Source: an uncultured delta proteobacterium (GTDB lineage: Bacteria; Desulfobacterota; Binatia; UBA9968). Taken from it: DNA of 64,000 nt. A program made the translations under genes and the position numbers. Below, piece after piece: positions 9,581 through 18,418 of the stretch. Every line of letters begins with the position of its first letter. Position 1 is the stretch's first letter. Under the pieces are notes generated by a model, which did not search any database, was not told where the DNA came from, and saw only the letters and a program-made list of their open reading frames with translations. The stretch spans positions 256,001-320,000 of the forward strand of contig CAVSHR010000002.1 in NCBI GenBank assembly GCA_963727625.1, read 5' to 3'.

Positions 9581-10375
9581 CTACGGATTGTATGGATGGT
9601 CCAGCGCCGCCTGTTTCATCTGGGCGTGGAGATCGACCATCGTCAAGGCGCAGTACTCGATCGAGTAGCCGGCGCGAAACTCGACGCTGTCCTGCAGCGC
9701 GCGGGTGAGCACCGTGCGATTGAATGCGCCGTGGCCCATCGCCTCTTCGTCGCTGTCGCCGAGCTTGTGCGTGTCCATGTCGGCTTCTTCGTGGGTCGAA
9801 AAATAGATCGCATCCGCTTTGCTGAAGCCATAATGGCTGGTCAACGCGGTGAACCACTGGCCCGACCACATGGACAGCGATTCCTCGAAAACATGCAGCC
9901 CCCAGAGCTCAACGATGGAGCCGTCGATGAAAATCTTATGGCAGAAGTCGTTGATCGCACGGGCGGCGGGGAGATAGGGATCTTCCAAAACTTCTTTTTT
10001 GTTGAGGCCCATCTTTTCCGCGGTCTGCAGCAAGACCAAAACATGGCCCGGCGCGCGCGGCGAAATCAACTCGTCGGCGATTTTGCCGCAGAAGGGGCCG
10101 AGCAGATCGAAATTGCGCACGAAAAAAGGTAGATGAGTGTAGTAGGAAACCGCGTTCAAGGCATTGACCTCGAGGGAAAAGTGCCCCCAATTTTTAAAAA
10201 ACTGGCGCATCACCGGGAGCGGCAACTTGCCCTCGCGCAGCTCGGTCATGAACCGGCCTTGGTAAACTTTTTCGTAGGCGTATTTGTAAAGCGTCGTGTA
10301 AAGATAGTCTACGTAGGCTTTTGCTTCCGCTGCGCTGAGCTTTTCACCGGCTTTTGGTTCTTTCGGCTTGCTCAT
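9581..10375 (-). CDS. Heme-oxygenase-like diiron protein (TenA/PqqC/CADD family)
   Basis: DELISPRAPGH, FEE and YFSTHEEADMDTH resemble the CADD/PqqC metal ligands; AGGAGG RBS before ATG at 10375. Confidence 0.75.
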   Translation of the reverse strand: MSKPKEPKAGEKLSAAEAKAYVDYLYTTLYKYAYEKVYQGRFMTELREGKLPLPVMRQFFKNWGHFSLEVNALNAVSYYTHLPFFVRNFDLLGPFCGKIADELISPRAPGHVLVLLQTAEKMGLNKKEVLEDPYLPAARAINDFCHKIFIDGSIVELWGLHVFEESLSMWSGQWFTALTSHYGFSKADAIYFSTHEEADMDTHKLGDSDEEAMGHGAFNRTVLTRALQDSVEFRAGYSIEYCALTMVDLHAQMKQAALDHPYNP

Positions 10376-10497
10376 ATGAGCCTCCTGAAAACAGCTTTCT
10401 CCTGCAAAGATTTCCCCTTGGGTTATCATCGGCCCCCAGCCAAGTCAAGGTAACTTGGCGATTTGGAAATGCTTTTGCGTCGCGCTAAGATCATCCC

Positions 10498-10854
10498 ATG
10501 CTGACCAGCCCAAGCCCTGAGTTAGAGACTTTCAACAATCCGCGACCGGAGCGTGATTACGAGATCAGCATGGAGTGCCCGGAGTTTACCTGCGTGTGCC
10601 CGCGCACCGGCCAGCCTGATTTTGCCACGATTCGGATCAAATACGTGCCGGCGGAACTCTGCGTCGAGCTCAAGTCGTTGAAACTCTATTTATGGTCTTA
10701 CCGCGACCAGGGAACTTTTCACGAGGCGGTGGTCAACAAAATTCTCGATGATCTGGTTCAGGCCTGCCGGCCAAAGAGTATGACCGTTGTCGGCGACTTC
10801 AACGTGCGTGGCGGAATCCACACCGTGGTCACGGCCGAGCATCTCCGGTCGTAA
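10498..10854 (+). CDS. queF: NADPH-dependent preQ0 reductase QueF (short type)
   Basis: [28 protein letters not shown] and RGGI. Confidence 0.96.
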   Translation: MLTSPSPELETFNNPRPERDYEISMECPEFTCVCPRTGQPDFATIRIKYVPAELCVELKSLKLYLWSYRDQGTFHEAVVNKILDDLVQACRPKSMTVVGDFNVRGGIHTVVTAEHLRS

Positions 10855-10902
10855 CCGCCGGCCGCGCGCCCCGCGGCTCGCTAAACATATTTCCTCTTCA
10901 TC

Positions 10903-12894
10903 ATGCCCGAAGTTCATTTCCTCGAAGAGCTGTTGATCGTTCTTGCCACAACGATCTCGATTGTATTTTTGTTTCAAAAGATGCGCGTGCCGGCGATCGT
11001 CGGCTTTCTTCTGGCCGGCGTGGTGATCGGTCCGGGAGGGCTGGGGCTCATCGAGAAAGTCAACCAGGTCGAAACCCTGGCGGATATTGGCGTCGTGCTG
11101 CTGCTGTTCACCATCGGCATCGAGTTCAGATTAGAAACAATTCTTGCCATGAAGCGCCGGATCATTTTGGCCGGTTTCCTCCAGGTGCTTTTAACGATCC
11201 TCGCCGTAGTCGGCATCGCGCTCGCCTTGCGCGCTTCTCTCGGTATTGGCGTCTTCTACGGTTTCCTTGTCACCATGAGCAGCACGGCGATCGTCTTGCG
11301 CGCCTTTCAAGAGCGCGGCGAGATCAACGCGTTGCATGGCCGCTTGGCGAGCGGCACGCTGTTGTTCCAAGACCTTTGCATCGTGCCGATGATGCTAACC
11401 GTGCCGTTCCTTGGTGGTTCGGGAGAGGGTTATGGGCTTGCCATCCTGTGGGCCATGGTCAAATCGTTGTTAGCCCTTGCCCTGATCGTCTGGACTGCGC
11501 GCAAGGTTTTGCCGTGGCTGCTGCGCCATATGGCGCCGGCAAGAAACCGGGAAATTTTCGTCCTCTTTATTATTTTAGTCTGTCTGGGCACGGCGTGGTT
11601 AGCGTCGATGGCTGGGTTGTCGCTGGCGCTTGGCGCGTTGATCGCCGGACTAGTCATTTCGGAGTCCGAGCTGAGCCACCAAGTCGTCGCCGATGTGCTG
11701 CCGTTGCGCGACTGTTTCAGCGGCATCTTTTTCATTTCCATCGGCATGCTGCTCGATCCACGCTCGCTCGGGCAGGATTGGCTCACGCCCGCGCTCGGCT
11801 TGTTGGCCTTGGTCAGTCTCAAGATGCTCGTGATCATACTGGTATTCTGGTGGCTTTATCGCTCGCTGCGGCTCGGCATCATCTTGGGCTTGAGCCTTGC
11901 GCAAATCGGCGAGTTTTCTTTTATCTTGGCTAAGGCAGGCATCGGTTACCAGCTATTAAGCGCCAGCGAGGAACAAACATTTCTCGCCGCATCGATCTTG
12001 AGCATGATCCTCACGCCGTTCTTGATCCAATCAGGGCAAGGGATTGCAGCTCGTGTGAGCGGCGCTGCCGGCTCGCGGCTAAGCGCTGAATCGTTGACCG
12101 ATCCGGCGCCGAAGCAGAGCGGCGCTGAAGATCATGTCGTCATCGTCGGTTATGGACTCAACGGGCAAAACCTCGCCCGCGTGCTGCGCGAATCGGGCAT
12201 TCCCTATCGGGTCTTGGAACTGGATCCCGAGCTGGTGCGCGAAGGCATTGCGGTCGGAGAACCGATCACGTTCGGCGACGGCACCCGCACCGAAATACTC
12301 GATCAAATTCGCATCGATCGGGCCAGAGTGCTGGTGATTGCCATCTCGGATCCGGCCGCTACCGCCCGCATCGTGTCGCAGGCCCGGCGGTTGCGCCGCG
12401 ACATCGACATCATCGTCCGGACCCGCTACGTGGCCGAGATCGAGCGGCTTTACCGGCTCGGCGCCAACCAGGTCATTCCCGAGGAGTTCGAAACCTCGGT
12501 GGAGATCTTCGCGCGGGTTTTGCAGGAATATCACGTGCCCCGCAACGTCATCGCGCTGCAAGTCGATTTGATCCGCAAGGAACACTACGGCACCCTCCGC
12601 GGCTTGCGATTGCAAGGCAAACAGCTCGACGAGCTCAACCAGTACCTGGTCGGCACGACCACGGATATCTTTTCGGTGCCTAATGGTTCGCTGTTGGTGG
12701 GCCGGAGCTTGCGGGAAATCGATTTGCGCGAACGCAGCGGCGTCACGCTGATCGCCGCGGTGCGCGACGGCAAGCCGCTGCATAACCCGGGGCCGGAGTT
12801 CGTCCTCGAAGCGGGCGATCGACTGGTGCTGCTCGGCGACCACAAGGCGCTTGACGAAGCGGCGCAGATCATCTCGCCGCGCGCGGATGCTTAA
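10903..12894 (+). CDS. CPA2-family K+/H+ antiporter (KefB/KefC-like) with TrkA-N and TrkA-C domains
   Basis: Multiple TM segments; GVVLLLFTIGIE, SSTAIV, FQD, LAQIGEFSF; GYGLNG RCK domain. Confidence 0.92.
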   Translation: MPEVHFLEELLIVLATTISIVFLFQKMRVPAIVGFLLAGVVIGPGGLGLIEKVNQVETLADIGVVLLLFTIGIEFRLETILAMKRRIILAGFLQVLLTILAVVGIALALRASLGIGVFYGFLVTMSSTAIVLRAFQERGEINALHGRLASGTLLFQDLCIVPMMLTVPFLGGSGEGYGLAILWAMVKSLLALALIVWTARKVLPWLLRHMAPARNREIFVLFIILVCLGTAWLASMAGLSLALGALIAGLVISESELSHQVVADVLPLRDCFSGIFFISIGMLLDPRSLGQDWLTPALGLLALVSLKMLVIILVFWWLYRSLRLGIILGLSLAQIGEFSFILAKAGIGYQLLSASEEQTFLAASILSMILTPFLIQSGQGIAARVSGAAGSRLSAESLTDPAPKQSGAEDHVVIVGYGLNGQNLARVLRESGIPYRVLELDPELVREGIAVGEPITFGDGTRTEILDQIRIDRARVLVIAISDPAATARIVSQARRLRRDIDIIVRTRYVAEIERLYRLGANQVIPEEFETSVEIFARVLQEYHVPRNVIALQVDLIRKEHYGTLRGLRLQGKQLDELNQYLVGTTTDIFSVPNGSLLVGRSLREIDLRERSGVTLIAAVRDGKPLHNPGPEFVLEAGDRLVLLGDHKALDEAAQIISPRADA

Positions 12895-12950
12895 GCGATT
12901 CGACCGCACGACGGTAAAGGGCGACGCCGATTGGGCTCGAACGCTGACAT

Positions 12951-12971
12951 TGTGAATACCTCTGTGCATAA
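12951..12971. promoter_or_regulatory. Tandem DnaA-box-like sites upstream of dnaB
   Basis: TGTGCATAA (12963-12971) matches TGTGNAWAA exactly; TGTGAATAC (12951-12959) has one mismatch; an AT-rich tract follows at ~13081-13160. Confidence 0.45.
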
Positions 12972-13196
12972 CACGTTGGTATCGTTCCCAACTCCGCAGG
13001 GGAACTTCTGAACTTACCTTTTATGATTTACCAACAAGGCGATCCTCGCGATCGATCGAAAAAAAATCTTACCGCGGGCACAAAAATTTGTTGCATTTTG
13101 ATTCTGTTCAGTTGCATATTCATATTGTAACTGTTTTTTTTGAAACGACCATGAAAATTCCTTCCGCAGATTATCCCGGAATCAAATGACACAGCG

Positions 13197-14573
13197 ATGG
13201 CGGCCCTAGAAGATAACTTGCGCAAGGTTCCACCGCAGAACCTCGAAGCGGAGTCGTCCGTCCTGGGCGGCATATTGCTCGAGAACGAGGCGATCAATCA
13301 GGTCTTGGAGTCCTTGCGGCCAGAGGACTTTTATCGCGAATCGCACCGCAAAATTTTGCGCGCCATGATAGAAATCACCGATCGCGGCGAGCCGGTGGAC
13401 TTGATCACCCTGAGCGAGTTTCTCAAAAGCAAAAACGAGCTCGAAAGCGTGGGCGGCACGGCCTATCTGGCGTCTTTGGCCGACTTCGTGCCGACCGCTG
13501 CGAACATTTCCTACTACGCGCGCATCGTGCGCGAAAAGGCGATATTGCGCAGTCTGATCAGCACCGCGACCGAGATTGCCACGCGGGGTTACGAAGAGCA
13601 GGGCAACGTCGACGAGTTTCTCGATACCGCCGAAAAAGTCATCTTCGATATCTCCGAGAAAAAGGTCAAAGCATCCTTCGTCGCCGTCGGCGACATGATC
13701 ACCGATACGCTCAAGACCATCGACAAGCTTTATCAGCGTAAAGAGATGATTACCGGTGTGCCCACCGGTTATGAGGAGCTCGACAAGATTACCGCGGGGC
13801 TGCAGCCGTCGGATCTGATCATCGTCGCCGGCCGTCCGGGCATGGGCAAGACCGCGTTCGCTTTGAACATCGCCGCCAACGCCGCGTACACCGGTGTTGG
13901 CGCGGCGATATTTTCTCTGGAAATGGCCAAGGAACAGTTGGTGCTGCGCATGCTTTGCTCCGAGGCGCGGGTGAATAGCTCCAAGGTGCGCTCTGGTTAC
14001 CTCGGCGAGCGCGATTTTCCACAACTTGCAAAGGCAGCCGGCCGCTTGCACGAAGCGCCGATTTACATCGACGATACGCCGGCCATTTCGATCCTCGAGC
14101 TGCGCGCCAAGGCGCGCCGCTTGCTCCGCGACCGTACCAAAAAAGTGGGCCTGATCGTTGTCGATTATCTTCAGCTCATGCGCGGCATGGGCAACGCCAA
14201 CAATCGTGAACAAGAGATTTCAGAAATTTCCCGCTCCCTCAAAGCGCTCGCCAAAGAGCTGAGCGTTCCAGTAATTGCATTATCGCAGCTTAATCGCAAG
14301 GTTGAAGATCGGACCGGGAGAAAGCCGCAGATGTCAGACCTCCGTGAATCCGGAGCGATCGAACAGGACGCCGATGTAATTATGTTCATTTACCGGGAAG
14401 AGCTTTATGACAAGACCAACGAGGATGTGAAGGGCAAAGCCGAAGTCATTGTTGAGAAACAGCGTAATGGTCCCACCGGAACGATCACGCTCACTTTCCT
14501 CGGCGAGTATACCCGCTTCGAAAACTACACCGAACGGGACGATTACAGTTACGACGAGGCGGACGAGGCGTAG
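13197..14573 (+). CDS. dnaB: Replicative DNA helicase DnaB
   Basis: PPQNLEAE, GRPGMGKT, FSLEM, VDYLQL, LSQLNR, DLRESGAIEQDAD and KQRNGPTG. Confidence 0.98.
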   Translation: MAALEDNLRKVPPQNLEAESSVLGGILLENEAINQVLESLRPEDFYRESHRKILRAMIEITDRGEPVDLITLSEFLKSKNELESVGGTAYLASLADFVPTAANISYYARIVREKAILRSLISTATEIATRGYEEQGNVDEFLDTAEKVIFDISEKKVKASFVAVGDMITDTLKTIDKLYQRKEMITGVPTGYEELDKITAGLQPSDLIIVAGRPGMGKTAFALNIAANAAYTGVGAAIFSLEMAKEQLVLRMLCSEARVNSSKVRSGYLGERDFPQLAKAAGRLHEAPIYIDDTPAISILELRAKARRLLRDRTKKVGLIVVDYLQLMRGMGNANNREQEISEISRSLKALAKELSVPVIALSQLNRKVEDRTGRKPQMSDLRESGAIEQDADVIMFIYREELYDKTNEDVKGKAEVIVEKQRNGPTGTITLTFLGEYTRFENYTERDDYSYDEADEA

Positions 14574-14657
14574 TTAGACCGGCGCTCAGCCAATTTAGAA
14601 TTTCAGTCGTAAGATCCCACCAATTCAAGTTCGGCGGGTTGCCGGGAGGGAGCGAAG

Positions 14658-14912
14658 TTGCGGTTAGCCAAACCCATACGGCTCTCGATTCTGTTTTGAC
14701 GCTGTTTTTCGCTCGCCTGTTTTCACGGCGTCGCGCCGGCGGGCGAAGCAAACGCGCCGCCTTTGCTCCTGGCCAACGGACTGGGGCCGCGGGTCGATCC
14801 CGCCAAATATCTGGTCAGCGAGCAATACGACGGTGTACGAGGTAAGGAGCAGACGGCAAGCGTAAGCTCACCCGAGGGTTTGGCGATCGCTCTGAAGCGA
14901 AAAGTTGGCTAG
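14658..14912 (+). pseudogene. N-terminal remnant of a secreted-type ATP-dependent DNA ligase (LigE-like)
   Basis: RBS and TTG; signal-like stretch with in-frame TGA at 14697; then PPLLLANGLGPRVDPAKYLVSEQYDGVRG (motif I KxDGxR with K replaced by Q); homology ends at ~14843. Confidence 0.7.
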
Positions 14913-14946
14913 AAAAAATAGAGTAGGCATGAAGTGCTACACGAAT

Positions 14947-15651
14947 CTATTTTTCTTTGATTGCCGACTGATCTGGAGGAGCAACGCTAGGATGTTCGGC
15001 GGACCAAGAAAAATAATCGGCCCGGCTGCGGGCCTTAAACCGCTCGGCACTGAATCGATCCGCCCAACCAGATAGCGGTTTTAGATTCATCCCGTAGGCA
15101 GGATCGAACCGGGACCAGTTGCGGGCGTGCTCTTCCGACCGGAAGAGATTCATACCCGCTCATCGGTACGCCCGGCCTTCAGGCGGTCCGCCAAATCCGC
15201 TGTAGGCGTAGCCGACCATCATTTCAGGTTGAACCGACAAAACCGCGTCGTCCCGCATCTCTACCACGATCGGCTCTCCACAATCGAGACAGGGAGCGTC
15301 CACACGTACCATTTTTCCAGGAAATAGCCAGCGAACCGCCAGCGCTTCCAGCCCTCACTGAGCGAACCACTTCTGCTGACCGTTGATGGTGATGCGATAC
15401 TGAGTAGGCAGATTGTTAAACGGGGCAAAGGAAGCGATATAATCGGTGCCCGGAAAAAGCCAGCCTGGGTAGCTCCCACCAGCGTATGAGGGACAGGGTG
15501 CTTCCATCAACTCGTGAAGCAATTTTCGACCCTCCTCAACGGAGACGCCTAGGTCCTTTGCTAGCTCGGTATAATGGGGCGCCTGCCCCGTAGCAATGAA
15601 GCGTTGAATGATTAGGTGAAATACCCTGTCGAGAAGTTTTAAATCGGCCAT
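14947..15651 (-). CDS. MerB (alkylmercury lyase)-like protein with two in-frame UGA codons, probable double selenoprotein (234 aa; U99, U164)
   Basis: Continuous frame: N-terminal winged-helix-like region...KWFAQ-U-GLEALAV...DAPCLDCGEPI...AYR-U-AGMNLFRSEEHARNW. TGAs at 15355-15357 and 15160-15162 align with MerB C96 (CALD) and C159, and a hairpin follows each. Confidence 0.85.
15121..15159 (-). promoter_or_regulatory. Bacterial SECIS-like hairpin after the second UGA
   Basis: UGA-GCGGGUAUG-AAU-CUCUUCC-GGUC-GGAAGAG-CACGCCCGC; loop G is the 20th nt after UGA. Confidence 0.8.
15320..15354 (-). promoter_or_regulatory. Bacterial SECIS-like hairpin after the first UGA
   Basis: UGA-GGGCU-GGAAG-C-GCUGGC-GGUUC-GCUGGC-UA-UUUCC; loop G is the 18th nt after UGA. 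Confidence 0.72.
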
Positions 15652-15737
15652 GGGTTGTGCCTCCTTAATTCAGTCAGTTACTTCACAGCACCTTTCTTAG
15701 GCTGCTTTCGCATGCCAACCCGCGCTGCCTGTTCGCT

Positions 15738-16784
15738 TCACACTAACGGGATCTCGCTATTTTCCAGCATGTCCGATGGCATGTGTGATACTTTGATAGC
15801 TTGCTCGATATCGGCGTGGTCCCAGAGCATGAGCCGCCCTCCGTCGTATACTTCGCCGTGGTCGATGGTAATTGACTGTTGGAAACAGGCCACGTCGATG
15901 GGCGCGTGGGAGCGACCCACGTGGAAATGGACGATCATTGGGCTGCAGTGGGAGTAGCTGTACCACTCTACCGGGTTGGTCGCGCGGGCATAGGGGACCA
16001 CGGTCATCGGATTCACACCCGCATGCCAGGAATCGATGTAGCCGTCGGTCTTGTTAAGCGCCGCCAGCATGCGTCCTTCGCCGTCTCCACCTTTGACCGA
16101 AACGACACGGCCGTCCTGCAACTCCAGGGTCAGCGGATTCGTCTCGTTCATAGAGCCGAAAGCGGCGATATGATCTGCAACAATGACGCCTTCTGTCGCC
16201 ACTGCAACCGCCGGACTGTGCACTCCACCCGGAAAGTTTCGCCGCGCACGGCCACCTTCCTCCTCTACGAAATAGGCTTGTGCCACCGTGCTTTCGCGGG
16301 GGCCGAACGTGCCGCGCACGTCGGTGCCGTTGGGACTCGTGATGCGCCATGATTTGCCTGGCGCCGATAGGGTATCGATGGTCGCCGCCATGGCTTTTTG
16401 CACGGAGTACGGAAACGCCGCCCATTTCGTTGCCATGAGTTGTACCGTGCGCGCGCGATTGGGCACCCGGGTGCGTTTTTCTCCGGGAAAATGCGGATGG
16501 AGCGCCTCGCGCTTCAGCGAGGGATAGTGGGAAAAAAGCACGTCGGCTTTAGCGTAGGCGTTCAGAACATTCGCCGGAATGTCATCGGGCCGGTCTTTGG
16601 GTATCTTCGGTCCCCAGATGACGTTGACCTGTGCGCCACAGTTCTTGGCTTTCTCGGCAAGCGCAGCGGCAACCGGCTTGTCTGCCGCGCCCTCTTCGCT
16701 CACCACGTAAACCCTTTGCCCGCGCTCTACCGCGCCACAATCCTCGACACAGTTCTTTATGCCGGCTTCGAGCTTGTCAGTCAT
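15738..16784 (-). CDS. M29 aminopeptidase-fold / NicX (2,5-dihydroxypyridine dioxygenase)-like metalloprotein
   Basis: RITSPNGTD, NFPGG, TEGVIVAD, LELQDGRVVSVKGG, DSWHAGVNP and HFHVG layout typical of the M29/NicX fold. Confidence 0.6.
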   Translation of the reverse strand: MTDKLEAGIKNCVEDCGAVERGQRVYVVSEEGAADKPVAAALAEKAKNCGAQVNVIWGPKIPKDRPDDIPANVLNAYAKADVLFSHYPSLKREALHPHFPGEKRTRVPNRARTVQLMATKWAAFPYSVQKAMAATIDTLSAPGKSWRITSPNGTDVRGTFGPRESTVAQAYFVEEEGGRARRNFPGGVHSPAVAVATEGVIVADHIAAFGSMNETNPLTLELQDGRVVSVKGGDGEGRMLAALNKTDGYIDSWHAGVNPMTVVPYARATNPVEWYSYSHCSPMIVHFHVGRSHAPIDVACFQQSITIDHGEVYDGGRLMLWDHADIEQAIKVSHMPSDMLENSEIPLV

Positions 16785-16840
16785 GGTTTGTCCGCTCCTT
16801 CCTTTCGAGATCTAGGTTATCTACGATCGTAGGAATTTCT

Positions 16841-17632
16841 CTACCCGACGCGTTCCCACTGGTTTATGCCGACTTCCCAGCCTTTACTTTGGGAGAGATC
16901 CAAACGGTTACCTTCAGGGTCGGTAATCCGATACTCCGCGTAAGGCCGGTCATCGGGCCGTTTGTTGACTTTCACGACGCTGCTCACATCCTCCATGGTC
17001 GCTTTCAAATCGCGCACGAGAAAGCCGATATGATTGATGCCGAACTTCATCTCATGTCCTTTCGAGCCAGAATTGTAGAAAGGATGGATGGCCAAGTTGA
17101 TGTGCTCGTCGCCGACGAAGCGGTTGAGCTTACCGGCCTTGCGATAGTCGAATCCGCTTGGCACTTCGACAAAACCAAAGACCTCGCTGTAAAACTCTCT
17201 CATCCCCTCCGGGTCCATGGCGTTGTAGGCGATATGGCGAATGCCCGGTATGCGATGCTCTTCGATCACGCCGAAGGACTTTTCTGAAATACTCACCGGA
17301 TTGCCATCGGGATCATGAATGCGAATGACTCCGTGATGCAAATCCCCGTCTTCCGGAATCACCGGCCCGCGCGGAAAAAGTTTCAAGTAGCGGTTCTTTG
17401 TCTGCTCGACGCTCTCGACTTGAATACCGATGTGATTGAGACCCGTCTCCATGCGCGGCTCGCAGAGCGCCGGGCGCTTCTTGAAAAAAGTCAGGTTCAA
17501 AAAGCCGTCGGTGATCGAGACATCACCCGCGGACGACCTTCCCAGTTCCTTGGTGCCCATATAGCGCCCATAAAACTTCGCCAGCTCCTCGGGGTGGTCG
17601 GAAATGAAAGCAAGGTATCGGATGGTCGCCAT
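16841..17632 (-). CDS. Two-domain VOC (glyoxalase/extradiol dioxygenase superfamily) protein
   Basis: Internal duplication: IRYLAF...GLNHIGIQV...DPDGN and IRHIAY...GINHIGFLV...DPEGN. Confidence 0.88.
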   Translation of the reverse strand: MATIRYLAFISDHPEELAKFYGRYMGTKELGRSSAGDVSITDGFLNLTFFKKRPALCEPRMETGLNHIGIQVESVEQTKNRYLKLFPRGPVIPEDGDLHHGVIRIHDPDGNPVSISEKSFGVIEEHRIPGIRHIAYNAMDPEGMREFYSEVFGFVEVPSGFDYRKAGKLNRFVGDEHINLAIHPFYNSGSKGHEMKFGINHIGFLVRDLKATMEDVSSVVKVNKRPDDRPYAEYRITDPEGNRLDLSQSKGWEVGINQWERVG

Positions 17633-17881
17633 TGGTTCGCCTCCGTTAGGTGAGTTGCAGAAAGTGAGGATTTCGATCGCTGCCGAATTTAAAGATCGGA
17701 ATAGATCACGCTCCGGGCTGCGTGATTCTACGCGAGTATCGAAACGCCGGATAAACCCGTGTCATGAGTGAAACCTAGTCGAGCCCGGTGTCGGGAGTCA
17801 AGGACTTTTGAAACTGTATTCCTGCCGATGGCGATCCTTAGAGCAACGACTAAAGTCCAACTGTTCCGCCGGACCGCGCCG

Positions 17882-18325
17882 TCAATCGGCAGGTCGATAG
17901 GCCCACGTTTCAACCCCGCCCCCGACGACCTTTGAAAAGAGCGCAAATTCGGGCTCCGTGGAGGTTCTGAACAGGTGAGAATCGCACTTGCAATCGCTGC
18001 AACCGAATCCTTGAATCGAAGACATCCCCTCCGTAGCCGAAAAGACACCCGCCCATCGATGCTCAAGGCGCCTTGTTTCGTAGCTGTACCAAGAGCCGAT
18101 GGGGCGTAAAAATTCTCGCAGATAGTCGATATGCCAATGCAGCCGCTTGGCCTTTCGACAATGTCGCATTACCCGGGCTCGCACGCCGCCCGGTCCGAAG
18201 GCGCTGCCGACGTAGATATAGTACCCCGGGATCAGGTCGAGTTGACCCCAACGACCAACTTGGACCATAGCCTTTGATCGACTTTTCAAAATCAGTGCAT
18301 ATGTTCCAGGTTGTGATTTCATCAT
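17882..18325 (-). CDS. GIY-YIG nuclease family protein (DUF123 type)
   Basis: GTYALIL, YIYVGSAFGPGG..RVMRH, HWHIDYL and GFGCSDCKCDSHL. Confidence 0.85.
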   Translation of the reverse strand: MMKSQPGTYALILKSRSKAMVQVGRWGQLDLIPGYYIYVGSAFGPGGVRARVMRHCRKAKRLHWHIDYLREFLRPIGSWYSYETRRLEHRWAGVFSATEGMSSIQGFGCSDCKCDSHLFRTSTEPEFALFSKVVGGGVETWAYRPAD

Positions 18326-18336
18326 GCAGTATGGCT

Positions 18337-18418
18337 GGCTAACGCGAAGGCTGGGCGGCTAAAAAATGGAGTCATTCGATCACCCAATCCAGTCATCGGC
18401 TCAAGCTGCGGGTTATGC
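18337..18418 (-). mobile_element. Integron attC-like recombination site (degenerate)
   Basis: R'' GCATAAC overlaps the upstream stop codon; L''-like GCTTGAGCC; L'-like CGCCCAGC; R' GTTAGCC lies 11 nt before the next ATG; 82 bp. Confidence 0.55.
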
